Assembly (NCBI GenBank): GCA_963775755.1
Contig: CAVZKB010000010.1
Coordinates: forward strand, 15,674 to 79,673
DNA: 64,000 bases
DNA from: an uncultured Actinomycetes bacterium
GTDB lineage: Bacteria; Actinomycetota; UBA4738; HRBIN12
Direction of reading: 5' to 3'
Positions within the stretch are counted from its first letter, which is position 1. Every line of letters begins with the position of its first letter. The position numbers and the translations under genes are program-made. This document shows positions 31,653 to 40,481 of this stretch, piece after piece. Under the pieces are notes generated by a model, which was not told the DNA's origin, made no database searches, and saw only the letters and a program-made list of their open reading frames with translations.

Positions 31653-33163
31653 ATGGAGCGATCGCGAGATGGGCGCGGAACCCTGCTCGTCCTCGCCGGA
31701 GTCATCGTCGGGGTGGCGGGCGTCGCGACGATCGGAGTACATGCGCATTGGTCTCCGGACGGTCGGGCGGCGAGCGACGGGCTGTTGGCAGCCTTCTGCC
31801 TGGCGGCCGGCGCCCTCTGCTTCACCAGGTATCGGAGCACCGGCGACACCCACCCGTTGTTCGTCTGCGCGGGCCTGCTCGCGCTGGCCATGCAGACCAT
31901 CCTCTTCGACCGGCACGCGATCCTGTCGGCGCTCCCCTCCCCGTGGGAAGGGCTCAGCTTCCCCGCCCTGGGCTGGTTCGCGGCATGGCTCGTCGCCGGC
32001 ATCGGATTCGTGCTCGCGCGACCGTGGTGGGACCGGCGGGGACGCAAGCCGCTCCGGGCGCCGCTCGTCCTGAGCGTCGGGTTCGGTCTGCTCCTCGTCA
32101 TCGATCTGATCCTGATCTGGGTCCGGCATTCGCTCCCCCGCGCACGCAACATCGATCTGCGACTCGACGGAGCGTTCTCCCTTACCTCACCACTGCTCTG
32201 GCTCGTTGGAGGAGGATCCATCGCGCTACTCCTCATCGCCGCCTGGCGCGAGTGGACGGCGGGGGGGACGTCCGATCGACGCACCCGTGGCTCGCCGCCG
32301 CCTGGACGATCGCGGCCGCCGGGCAGCTGGTGCTGCTCGCCCGCCCGATCCCCTACCGGCCGTTGCTCCTGCCCGCAGACGCGCTCCTCCCGCTCGCCTC
32401 CGCGCTCGCTCTCCTTGCATTCCTTGCGCCGCAACGCGCCGAGGCCTCCCGGGCACGCCGTGCCACCGACCGGGCCCAGGAGGTCATGGGCGGCAGGGCC
32501 GAGATCGCCGCGATGATCTCGCATGAGGTCCGCGGTCCCGTGAGCACCATCCGCGGGCTCGCGGGGACCGCGCTCTCGCACTACGACCGGCTGACCGACG
32601 ACGAGCGTCGGGAGCTCCTGGATCTCATCCAGCAGGAGTCCGGGCGACTCCTAGCAACGGTGACGCAAGCATCCACCGCGCTCAAGGTCGACGCGGCCAC
32701 GGTCAGCTACGACATCAGGGCGCACGACCTGGGCGCGGCCGTCCGCGAAGGGATCGCCGCCGCCGATGTGGGGGCCCACCGGGTGGACGTCGACCTCGCC
32801 GGAGGCGAGGTCGACGTCGCGTTCGACCTGCGGTGGATCACCGAGGCGGTCCGCCAGTTGGTCGACAACGCCGCGAAGTTCTCGCCTCCGGAGGCCCCGA
32901 TCGTCGTGGCCACGCGGATCGAGAACGGTGGCGCGACGATCGAGGTCGTCGACCGTGGACCCGGCATCCCACCCGAACGCCGCGCCGACGTCTTCGACAA
33001 GTATCCGAATTGGCGACCCGACGGCTACGAGCAGGCACCGGGCTCCGGGCTGGGGCTCTTCCTCGTACGTGGCATCGTCGACGCTCACAAGGGAGAGGTG
33101 GGCATCGTCGACGCCCCCGGTGGGGGTACGATGCTCCGCGTCCGGATCCCCGTGGAGGGCTAG
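31653..33163 (+). CDS. sensor histidine kinase (multi-TM N-terminal sensor + HisKA/HATPase_c), reading frame interrupted at a G7 homopolymer
   Basis: N-terminal membrane domain in frame 0 (31653..32516), kinase core (ISHEVRGP H-box ... GSGLGL) continues in +1 frame to 33163; frames rejoin if the G7 run at 32261-32267 were G8 (EWTAGG|DVRSTHPWLAAAW). Confidence 0.75.
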
Positions 33164-33837
33164 TGGCCGACGGATCGCGCCCCGTGACGCTTCTCATCTG
33201 CGACGACCACCGGGTCCTGACCGATGCGCTCGCCATCGTCGTGGGTCTGGACCCCGGACTCGACCTGGTCGCGCCACCGATGCAGGACCCGCAGTCCGCG
33301 ATCGATCTCTGTGCCGAGCTCCTGCCCGACGTCGTGCTGATGGACGTCGATCTCAAAGCCGAGATGTCGGGGATCGACGCGACCCGCGCCATCAAGGAGA
33401 TCTCGCCCGCGACGAAGGTCATCATCATGACGGCTCACGACAACGATCGATTGCTCGTGGATGCCGTCGAGGCCGGCGCCTCAGGGTTCCTAAGCAAGGA
33501 CGACGCCGCGCAGGAGGTACTCGCCGCGGTGAAAGCCGCGGCGGACGGCGAGGTGCTGATCGAACCGGCGACGCTCGCTCGCCTGCTACCGCAAGTGGCC
33601 CGAGAGCGCGAGGCCCAGCGCGATGCGCTCACCCTGCTCAACGACCTGACGGAACGCGAGCACGAGATCTTGTCTCTGCTCGCGCAAGGCATGCGGAACG
33701 ACGACATCGCGTCGCAGCTGTTCATCAGCCCGCAGACCGTACAGACCCACGTGCGGAACATCCTGGGGAAGCTCCGGGTGCACTCGAAGCTCGAGGCGGT
33801 TGCGTTCGCCGTCCGGCACGGCGCGATCGCCGTCTAG
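33163..33837 (+). CDS. LuxR/NarL-family response regulator
   Basis: GTG at 33163 overlapping kinase stop (TAGTG); REC domain (TLLICDDH..D..MDVDL) + LuxR HTH (LTEREHEILSLLAQGMRNDDIASQLFISPQTVQTH). Confidence 0.85.
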   Translation: MADGSRPVTLLICDDHRVLTDALAIVVGLDPGLDLVAPPMQDPQSAIDLCAELLPDVVLMDVDLKAEMSGIDATRAIKEISPATKVIIMTAHDNDRLLVDAVEAGASGFLSKDDAAQEVLAAVKAAADGEVLIEPATLARLLPQVAREREAQRDALTLLNDLTEREHEILSLLAQGMRNDDIASQLFISPQTVQTHVRNILGKLRVHSKLEAVAFAVRHGAIAV

Positions 33838-34137
33838 CGAGCCGTCGGCCGTCGCACACTTTTTTCCTAGGTCTTTCGGCCCGCCCGGTTGCGACTCCTG
33901 CGCAACCTCGCGTCGCGCCGTGACGGAACCCCGCGCCCGGGCTGCACGCATGGCCACTCCGGCCTGAGTTGCCTCTGCACGCATCCCTCGGCCTACCGCT
34001 GTTGCTGTAGAGCGAAGGGTGCGGCCGCTCCGACATGCCTTGCATTGCACTCAAGAACGTCGGTTCGGCCACCGAAATCAATTCCTGGCCCAAAGCGGGC
34101 GACGGCCGAGGGCCGGGGAAGGTTGAGGAGGACTGGC

Positions 34138-34729
34138 ATGGACAGGATCCACCGCATGAGCCGGGGGCGGAAGACGCTCCTTTCACTGCTGTTGGTCGGC
34201 ACGATCGGAACCGTCGCCGGCATCGGCACGTTCTCCGCGTTCTCGGCGACGACCGAGAACGACGGCAACGTGTTCGCCGCCGGTACCGTGTCGATCTCCG
34301 ACAACGACGCCGGCGCCGCGATGTACACCATCTCGGACGCGACGCCGCTCACCCCGTCGTGAGGTGCATCGAGGTGACGTACACCGGCTCGCTGCCAGCC
34401 GACGTGCATCTGTACAGCTCGGCGATCGGCGCGATCGGACCGTACGTCGACCTCACGATCGACAAGGGCACCGGGACGACCGTGTTCCCGAACTGCGCGG
34501 GCTTCGTTGCCGACGCGAGCCCCAACGTCTACACCGGGACGCTCGGCGCCTTCGCCGCGGCGAGCTCCAACTTCGCGACCGGCGCCCCGGCGTTCCCGGG
34601 CGTGCAGACCGCGTGGAACCAGAACGACGTCGTCGTCTACCGGTTCACGCTGACCTGCAGAACGACCCGGCGGCGGCAGGTCTGACGTCGGGCGTCCACA
34701 GCTTCACATGGGAGGCGCAGAACCAGTAG
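34138..34729 (+). pseudogene. TasA/camelysin-like secreted protein with SipW-cognate signal peptide, paralogue A; two 1-nt deletions relative to paralogues
   Basis: GAGGAGG RBS + ATG 34138; MDRIHRMSRGRKTLLSLLLVGTIGTVAGIGTFSAFSATTENDGNVFAAGTV...; frame changes at C4 run 34352-34355 and at CC 34654-34655; homology to paralogue B continues across both shifts to conserved C-terminus ...SGVHSFTWEAQNQ*. Confidence 0.7.
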
Positions 34730-34747
34730 ATCGCCTCGGCAGGAGTC

Positions 34748-34773
34748 GGGCGGGTCGCGCGAGCGACCCGCCC
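34748..34773 (+). terminator. GC-rich hairpin (11-bp perfect stem GGGCGGGTCGC / GCGACCCGCCC, 4-nt loop) between paralogues A and B; candidate intrinsic terminator/attenuator
   Basis: Perfect inverted repeat 19 nt after stop of paralogue A, 50 nt before RBS of B; no T-tract (common in high-GC actinobacteria). Confidence 0.45.
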
Positions 34774-34822
34774 GAACCCCCCTCGGCCGAACCGGGAGGG
34801 AAGAACTGGAAAGGGAGGGAAC

Positions 34823-35426
34823 ATGAGCAGGATCCATCGCATGAGCCGGGGGCGGAAAGCGCTCCTGTCGCTCCTTCTGGTCGGCGTGATCGGCACCGTC
34901 GCAGGGATCGGGACGTACTCCGCGTTCTCGGCCACGACCGTGAACCCCGGCAACACGTTCGCCGCCGGAACGGTCGTGATCTCGGACAACGACGCGAACG
35001 CCGCGATGTACACCATCGCGAACGCGACACCGACGGTCGCGGTCACACGGTGCATCCGCGTGTCCTACACGGGAACGCTGCCGTCGACGGTCAAGCTCTA
35101 CACCACCACGGCGATCGGCGCGATCGGCCCGTACGTCGACATCGTGATCGACAAGGGCACCATGCCGGTCGGGACGACGTTCCCGAATTGCACCGGGTTC
35201 GTGGCGGACGCCGGCGGCTCCATCTTCACGGGGACGCTCGCGAACTTCGGAACGACCCGGACGAACTTCACGAACGGCGTCCAGGCGTTCCCCGGCGTGC
35301 AGACCGCAGTGGAACCAGAACGACACGCTCGTCTACCGGTTCACGTTGACGCTGCAGAACAACGCGGCGGCGACAGGTCTGACGTCGGGCGTCCACAGCT
35401 TCACGTGGGAGGCACAGAACCAGTAA
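34823..35426 (+). CDS. TasA/camelysin-like secreted protein with SipW-cognate signal peptide, paralogue B; one 1-nt insertion
   Basis: GGGAGGGA RBS; MSRIHRMSRGRKALLSLLLVGVIGTVAGIGTYSAFSATTVNPGNTFAAGTVVISDNDANAAMYTIANATPTVAVTRCIRVSYTG...; frame switches at ~35306-35310 (gcagtgg vs gcgtgg in A) then ...WNQNDTLVYRFTLTLQNNAAATGLTSGVHSFTWEAQNQ* to TAA 35424. Confidence 0.7.
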
Positions 35427-35466
35427 GGGGGTCGGGACCCGGGCGGTCGCGAACGCGACCCGCCCC
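35427..35466 (+). terminator. GC-rich imperfect hairpin after paralogue B (GGGCGGTCGCG aa CGCGACCCGCCC)
   Basis: Inverted repeat homologous to the A-B hairpin, immediately after stop of B. Confidence 0.35.
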
Positions 35467-35485
35467 GGACCACCTCGGGGCGGGC

Positions 35486-35974
35486 ATGTCCGGAAGGGAC
35501 GGGGACCAAGTGGAACGACGAGCGAACACCCATCGCACCGAAGCCCGGATCCGGGTCGTCGGGTTCATGCTCGGCTTGGCGGTCGCAGCCACCGTTGTCG
35601 GCGCATCGAAGATCCCCGCGGGAGCGGGGGCGTTGGGTGCCGACGTCTCGATGGTCGTCGCGCCCACGGGAGAGCTCGCCGTGAAGCAACCCGGAGAGGT
35701 GCTCGAGGGGACGACCCTGACCCCGGCATCCGACCCGGCCAGTGGGCAGTTCACGATCCTTGACCAGACCATGTTCCCGCTCAACGTCCGCGTGCGCGGC
35801 GTCCCGGACCTGCCGGGCCTCAACGGCACGCTGAGGGTGGAACTGACCGGCCCCGACGACGAACAGCTGTTCCGCGGGTCGCTCGCCGACTTCCGCGCTT
35901 GGACCGAAGACCCGGTCACTGCTGAAGCCCGGCGTGTGGAGCACGTTCGGCCTCAAGGCATGGATCCCTGGTGA
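35486..35974 (+). CDS. hypothetical secreted/membrane-anchored protein (N-terminal signal/TM), SipW-locus accessory candidate
   Basis: 162-aa from ATG 35486: MSGRDGDQVERRANTHRTEARIRVVGFMLGLAVAATVVGASKIPAGAGA...; non-repetitive, codon-biased sequence; lacks the AFSATT motif; start uncertain (GTG 35510 alternative). Confidence 0.4.
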   Translation: MSGRDGDQVERRANTHRTEARIRVVGFMLGLAVAATVVGASKIPAGAGALGADVSMVVAPTGELAVKQPGEVLEGTTLTPASDPASGQFTILDQTMFPLNVRVRGVPDLPGLNGTLRVELTGPDDEQLFRGSLADFRAWTEDPVTAEARRVEHVRPQGMDPW

Positions 35975-36046
35975 CGTCGGTGCCGGCTACGTGGGCCGGA
36001 TGGTCCAGGTCGACCTGTGGTTCCGCGTGAGCAAGGCGGGATCGTC

Positions 36047-36632
36047 GTGAACCGCGTGACCCGCCTCCTTGCCGCGTTGATCGCTACCGGGCTGGTCGCG
36101 GTCGCTTCGGGTCGTGCCACGTTCGCCGCGTTCACCTCGACGACGGCGAACCCCGCCAACACCATCGCGTCGGGCACGGTCGTGATCGCCGACAACGACG
36201 CCGGGAACGTGATGTGGAACGTCGACGAACCAGCTCCCGACGTCGCCCGCGGTCGTGCGTTGCATCCGCGTGACGTACAGCGGCACGCTGCCGGCAACCG
36301 TGCGGCTGTACACGACGACCGCGCGCGACGACGCTCGACCCCTACCTCAACGTCACCGTCGAGAAGGGGACGATGCCGGCGGCCACCACGTTCTCGAACT
36401 GCACGGGCTTCGCCGCAGAGGCGACCATCTTCCCGACGGGGACGCTGCAAGCGTTCAAGACCGCCCGGACGGGATGGGCGAACGGTCTCACCGCGTTCCC
36501 GGGAGCGCAAACCGCTTGGAACACCGCCGACTCCTTGGTCTACCGGTTCACCGTTCAGGTGCAGAACGTGTTCGGCGGCCCAAGGCCTGACCGGGCCAGG
36601 TGGGCTTCACATGGGAGGCGCAGAACCAATGA
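36047..36632 (+). pseudogene. TasA/camelysin-like secreted protein with SipW-cognate signal peptide, paralogue C; four 1-nt insertions
   Basis: GTG 36047: MNRVTRLLAALIATGLVAVASGRATFAAFTSTTANPANTIASGTVVIADNDAGNVMWNV...; homology to A/B is followed through frames 2>0>1>2>0 with shifts at CCC 36246-48, gcgcgcg 36321-35, TT 36571-72, CC 36596-97; conserved C-terminus GFTWEAQNQ* with TGA overlapping sipW ATG (ATGA). Confidence 0.65.
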
Positions 36633-37240
36633 AGCGCATCGTGCGATCGGCGGCGCTCCTCCTGGGCTGGATCGCCCTCGGCGCCTTCGGCGGGCTCCTG
36701 CTCGCGGTGGGGCTGCCGAACCTCTTCCACGCGAAGAGCCTCACGGTGATGTCGGGCAGCATGGAACCGACGATCGGCACGGGCGACGTGATCGTGGCGC
36801 AACAGATCTCACCGATGGACGCCCGCGTGGGCGACATCGTCTCGTTCCGAGATCCTCTCGAGCACGATCGCGTGATCACCCATCGGGTGCGCGAGATCCA
36901 CGTGTTGAAGGACAAGGTGGAGTTCGTCACCAAGGGTGACGCGAACACGAACACCGAGCATTGGGCCATCCCCGAGGACGGCACGATCGGACGGGTCGCA
37001 TTCCACGTTCCCCGGCTCGGGTATTTCATGGTCTGGATCCACTCGACGTTGGGACTCCTGCTCCTGATCGTCTTGCCCACGCTCTTGCTCGGAGCGACGG
37101 AGCTCTGGCACATCTGGCGGCCAAGGGGCGCCCACGAGCCCGGCGCCCATCGGAAGACGGACGCTCTGAACGAAGGCGCCTACCGGCCCGGTGAAGGCCG
37201 ACGGGTCGAACGGAGATCTCCCGATGAAGCAGTGGCGTAG
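36629..37240 (+). CDS. sipW: signal peptidase I, SipW/Sec11-type (S26B, archaeal/ER-type)
   Basis: 203-aa; N-terminal TM, catalytic Ser motif SGSMEPTIGTGDVIVAQ, downstream His/Asp region (FVTKGDANTNTEHW), C-terminal second TM (MVWIHSTLGLLLLIVLPTLLLG) = SipW architecture. Confidence 0.85.
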   Translation: MKRIVRSAALLLGWIALGAFGGLLLAVGLPNLFHAKSLTVMSGSMEPTIGTGDVIVAQQISPMDARVGDIVSFRDPLEHDRVITHRVREIHVLKDKVEFVTKGDANTNTEHWAIPEDGTIGRVAFHVPRLGYFMVWIHSTLGLLLLIVLPTLLLGATELWHIWRPRGAHEPGAHRKTDALNEGAYRPGEGRRVERRSPDEAVA

Positions 37241-38187
37241 ACCGTGGCTCGTCCTGCCCGTCGGCATCGGGCTGGTGCTCGGTCTGGGCCGGGGCGCCCT
37301 CGCGGCGTTCTCCGCCACGACCGCAGACGGGGTCAACCAGTTCGTCACGGCGCCGGATTGGGAGCCGCCGCACGTTACGCGGACCGTGATCGCGAAGACC
37401 GTCGGCTACCTGGCCGGCAAGATCCACCAGGGAGGTCAGTTCTACGTCTATGCGCAGATCGACGACGGCGGGAACCCCCCGGCCGGCGTGGGAACCGTGA
37501 CGGCTGACGTGTCGGCCTTCTCGAGCGGAGGAGGAGCGGTGGCGATGAACGCGGGTGCGTTCTCGGCCAGAGGTGTCCCCTACAACTACCGGAGCGCCTC
37601 GCGCACCGCGATCAATCCGATGGCGAACGGAACGCGGACCTATTCGTTCACGATGGCCGACGTCGCGGTCCCTGTGCATTCCCAGACAGAGACGGGATTC
37701 GCGGTGACCATCGACAACACCGTCCCGGCTCCGATGAACATGACATCGGCCAACGGCGCCGGCGGGACGGTCGGACGAGCCGAGCAGGGCGACAGCGTCA
37801 CGTACACGTGGAGTGAGCCCATCGACCCGGAGTCGCTCTTGTCCGGATGGGATGGCGGGTCGCCTACCACCGTCACGGTCAGGATCAAGAACAAGGGTCC
37901 CAACGACAGGCTCTCCATCGAGGGTCCGGCCGGCACCCTGAACTTCGGCTTGGTCGCTCTGCAACAGAACTACTTCCCAGGGGACGCGGGAGTTTACGGA
38001 CTCGGCCATCACGATGATCGGAAACGCCGTCACGATCGTGCTCGGGATCCCGAGTGGTGCTGTCAACACGGTCACAGTAGCCACGCCGACCACATGGCAA
38101 GGCGACAGCGGGGCATACGACGCCTCCGGCAACCCGTGCTCGACAGCAACGATCACCGGCTCGGGCTCGCCCCGGATCGACTTCTAG
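37224..38187 (+). CDS. large (~320 aa) secreted protein with SipW-cognate signal peptide (TapA/TasA-like accessory or second fibre subunit); frame interrupted at G4 run
   Basis: GGAG RBS + ATG 37224: MKQWRRPWLVLPVGIGLVLGLGRGALAAFSATTADGVNQFVTAPDW...; frame 0 to 37980, then -1 frame continues as real-looking sequence (TREFTDSAITMIGNAVTIVLGIPSGAVNTVTVATPTTWQGDSGAYDASGNPCSTATITGSGSPRIDF*) if GGGG 37980-37983 were GGG. Confidence 0.65.
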
Positions 38188-38343
38188 GTAGGAGGTGGAC
38201 GAGAGCTCGGACCTTCGGCCATTACCCCGTTGGGGGTATCAACCTCTACCGGACGATGTGCCGAAAACTCGGATGCGGACGCCTCGGCAGCGGTAGCCGC
38301 ATCGTGGGATCACCACCCCCTCGGTGATCCCCACAAGATCGAA

Positions 38344-38373
38344 GGCCCGAGCCCACCCCTCCCGGGCTCGGGC
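38344..38373. terminator. bidirectional intrinsic terminator hairpin (GGCCCGAGCCC-acccctcc-GGGCTCGGGCC) between convergent SipW-locus and menE
   Basis: 11-bp perfect stem, 8-nt loop, followed by TTCGTCTCTCCCTT on + strand; 18 nt beyond menE stop. Confidence 0.6.
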
Positions 38374-38390
38374 CTTCGTCTCTCCCTTCG

Positions 38391-39602
38391 TCACCGTGGA
38401 AGCGCTCCGCGTCGGATCTTGCCGGACGTCGTCCGGGGGAGCTCCGTCATCGAGACGACGGCCCGCGGGAGCTTGAAGCGCGCGATCCGTTCCGCACCGT
38501 GTTGCCGCAGCTCCTCCAGGGTCGGCGGATCGTCGGCGCTCACCGGCACGACGAACGCCACGACCTGTTGCCCCCACTCCTCGTTCGGCCTCCCCGCCAC
38601 CGCGACCTCCGCGACCTTCGGATGATCCAGGAGCGCGCCCTCGACCTCGTGCGGCCACACCGTCTCGGCCCCCGTCCTGATGGCCTCGTCGGATCGGCCG
38701 TCGATCAGCAGGCGGCCGTCGGGCTCCAGCGCGCCCGTGTCGCCGGTACGGAGCCAGCCATCCAACGTGAACGCGAGCGCCGTTGCGGCCGGGTCGTTGC
38801 GGTAACCCTCCATGATCGTGGGACCGTGCAGTTGGACACCACCGCCCGCGTCGATCCGCGCGCTCGTGTCGTCGAAGAGCCGGCCGTCGTACGCGATGCC
38901 TCCGCACGACTCCGTCAGACCGTATGTCGACACCACGCGGACGCGACGCTCAGCTGCGGCGGCCACCTGGCTGGCGTCCACGGCCGCTCCCCCGATCAAC
39001 ATGATGCCGAACCGTGAGAGGTCCGCGCCCGCCTCGAGCAGACGATGCAGCATGGTCGGCACCAACGCGACGTGCGCGCCCGCCGGCACCTCGCGCAAGT
39101 CGTCGTTCGGGTCGAGGCCGATCCGGTCGAGGACCGTCACCGGCGTGCCGAACACGACGTGACGCATCAGGACGAGCATCCCGCCGACGTGCGCGGGCGA
39201 GAGGCAGCACACCCACGGCTCCGATGGTTCGAGCGCGACGCCGCCCGTCGCGGAGCCGAGCGCGGCGAACGACAGTCCCACCGCCGCCGCGACGGCCGGT
39301 CGCGACAGCTCGACGAGCTTGGGACGGCCCGCCGTGCCGGATGTCGCCACGACGAGCGCGACACGATCGGGCTCGGGCGGGGACGGATCGGCGAACAGCA
39401 TCTCGTCGTCCGCGCTTATGACCGAGGCGGGCCGCGCCAGATCCACGATCGCCCGGCGCTCTCGTTCGGTCAAGCGGGCGTCCAAAGGCAGGATCGCCGC
39501 GCCCTCGGCCCAGAGATCCGCGACCACGTCCAGCCAGACGGGTCCCGGCGGCAGGTCGACCGCGACCAGGAACCCCGGCGCGGCGCCCAGGTAGCGGCTC
39601 AC
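38391..39602 (-). CDS. menE: o-succinylbenzoate--CoA ligase (AMP-dependent synthetase/ligase)
   Basis: 403-aa ANL-superfamily enzyme (TSGTAGRPK, YGLTE, GDTG..DGRL..GRSDE, SGKIRR); divergent neighbour of menB. Confidence 0.7.
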   Translation of the reverse strand: MSRYLGAAPGFLVAVDLPPGPVWLDVVADLWAEGAAILPLDARLTERERRAIVDLARPASVISADDEMLFADPSPPEPDRVALVVATSGTAGRPKLVELSRPAVAAAVGLSFAALGSATGGVALEPSEPWVCCLSPAHVGGMLVLMRHVVFGTPVTVLDRIGLDPNDDLREVPAGAHVALVPTMLHRLLEAGADLSRFGIMLIGGAAVDASQVAAAAERRVRVVSTYGLTESCGGIAYDGRLFDDTSARIDAGGGVQLHGPTIMEGYRNDPAATALAFTLDGWLRTGDTGALEPDGRLLIDGRSDEAIRTGAETVWPHEVEGALLDHPKVAEVAVAGRPNEEWGQQVVAFVVPVSADDPPTLEELRQHGAERIARFKLPRAVVSMTELPRTTSGKIRRGALPR

Positions 39603-39644
39603 GTCCGGTAGGCTAGCGGAAACGTTCGAGCGTACGCTCTAGGA

Positions 39645-40481
39645 GTGATCGGTCCTATGGACAAGCCCGTTGCGTGGCAGTCCTCCGGCGACTACACGGA
39701 CATCCGCTACGAGACCGCCGAGGGCATCGCGAAGATCACGATCGACCGGCCCGAGGTCCGCAACGCGTTCCGCCCGCTCACCGTCAACGAGCTGATCCGG
39801 GCGTTCGACGGGGCCCGGGACGACCCGGCGATCGGCGTCGTCGTGCTGACCGGCGAAGGGCCCGAGGCGTTCTGCAGCGGCGGCGACCAGAAGATCCGCG
39901 GCGACGACGGCTACGTCGACGATCGCGGTATCGGCCGCCTGAACGTGCTGGACCTGCAGATCCAGATCCGGCGCCTGCCCAAACCCGTCGTGGCGATGGT
40001 GGCCGGCTACGCGATCGGCGGCGGCCACGTCCTGCACGTCTGCTGCGACCTCACGATCGCGGCCGACAACGCCCGCTTCGGCCAGACGGGGCCTCGGGTC
40101 GGGTCGTTCGACGGTGGATACGGGATCAGCTTGCTGGCGCGTCAGATCGGCGAGAAGCGCGCGAAGGAGATCTGGTTCCTGTGCCGGCAGTACGACGCCC
40201 CGACCGCCCTCGCCTGGGGCCTGGTGAACGCCGTCGTGCCGCTCGAGGATCTGGAGGCGACGACGGTCGCATGGTGCCGGGAGATGCTCACGCTCTCGCC
40301 GCTCGCGCTTCGCCTGCTGAAGGCAGGCGCGAACGCCGGGACCGACGGCCTCGCCGGCGTGCAGCAGCTGGCCGGGGACGCGACGCTGCTCTACTACATG
40401 AGCGAGGAAGCACAGGAAGGACGCGACGCGTTCAAGGAGAAGCGGCCTCCGGACTTCTCACGGTTCCCGAAGCGCCCGTGA
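39645..40481 (+). CDS. menB: 1,4-dihydroxy-2-naphthoyl-CoA synthase
   Basis: 278-aa crotonase-fold; [24 protein letters not shown]...FCSGGDQK...[10 protein letters not shown] matches MenB. Confidence 0.92.
   Translation: MIGPMDKPVAWQSSGDYTDIRYETAEGIAKITIDRPEVRNAFRPLTVNELIRAFDGARDDPAIGVVVLTGEGPEAFCSGGDQKIRGDDGYVDDRGIGRLNVLDLQIQIRRLPKPVVAMVAGYAIGGGHVLHVCCDLTIAADNARFGQTGPRVGSFDGGYGISLLARQIGEKRAKEIWFLCRQYDAPTALAWGLVNAVVPLEDLEATTVAWCREMLTLSPLALRLLKAGANAGTDGLAGVQQLAGDATLLYYMSEEAQEGRDAFKEKRPPDFSRFPKRP

Noticed and set aside
33889-34137. Upstream in-frame extension of paralogue A (ORF opens at 33889)
   Set aside because: The extension is Arg/Cys/Pro-rich and lacks a signal peptide; a strong GAGGAGG RBS precedes the ATG at 34138, where the conserved paralogue N-terminus begins
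36017-37240. Apparent 407-aa ORF fusing paralogue C to sipW
   Set aside because: Produced because the frame-shifted middle of paralogue C happens to lack stops in the sipW frame; homology shows C should end at TGA 36630-36632 overlapping the sipW ATG
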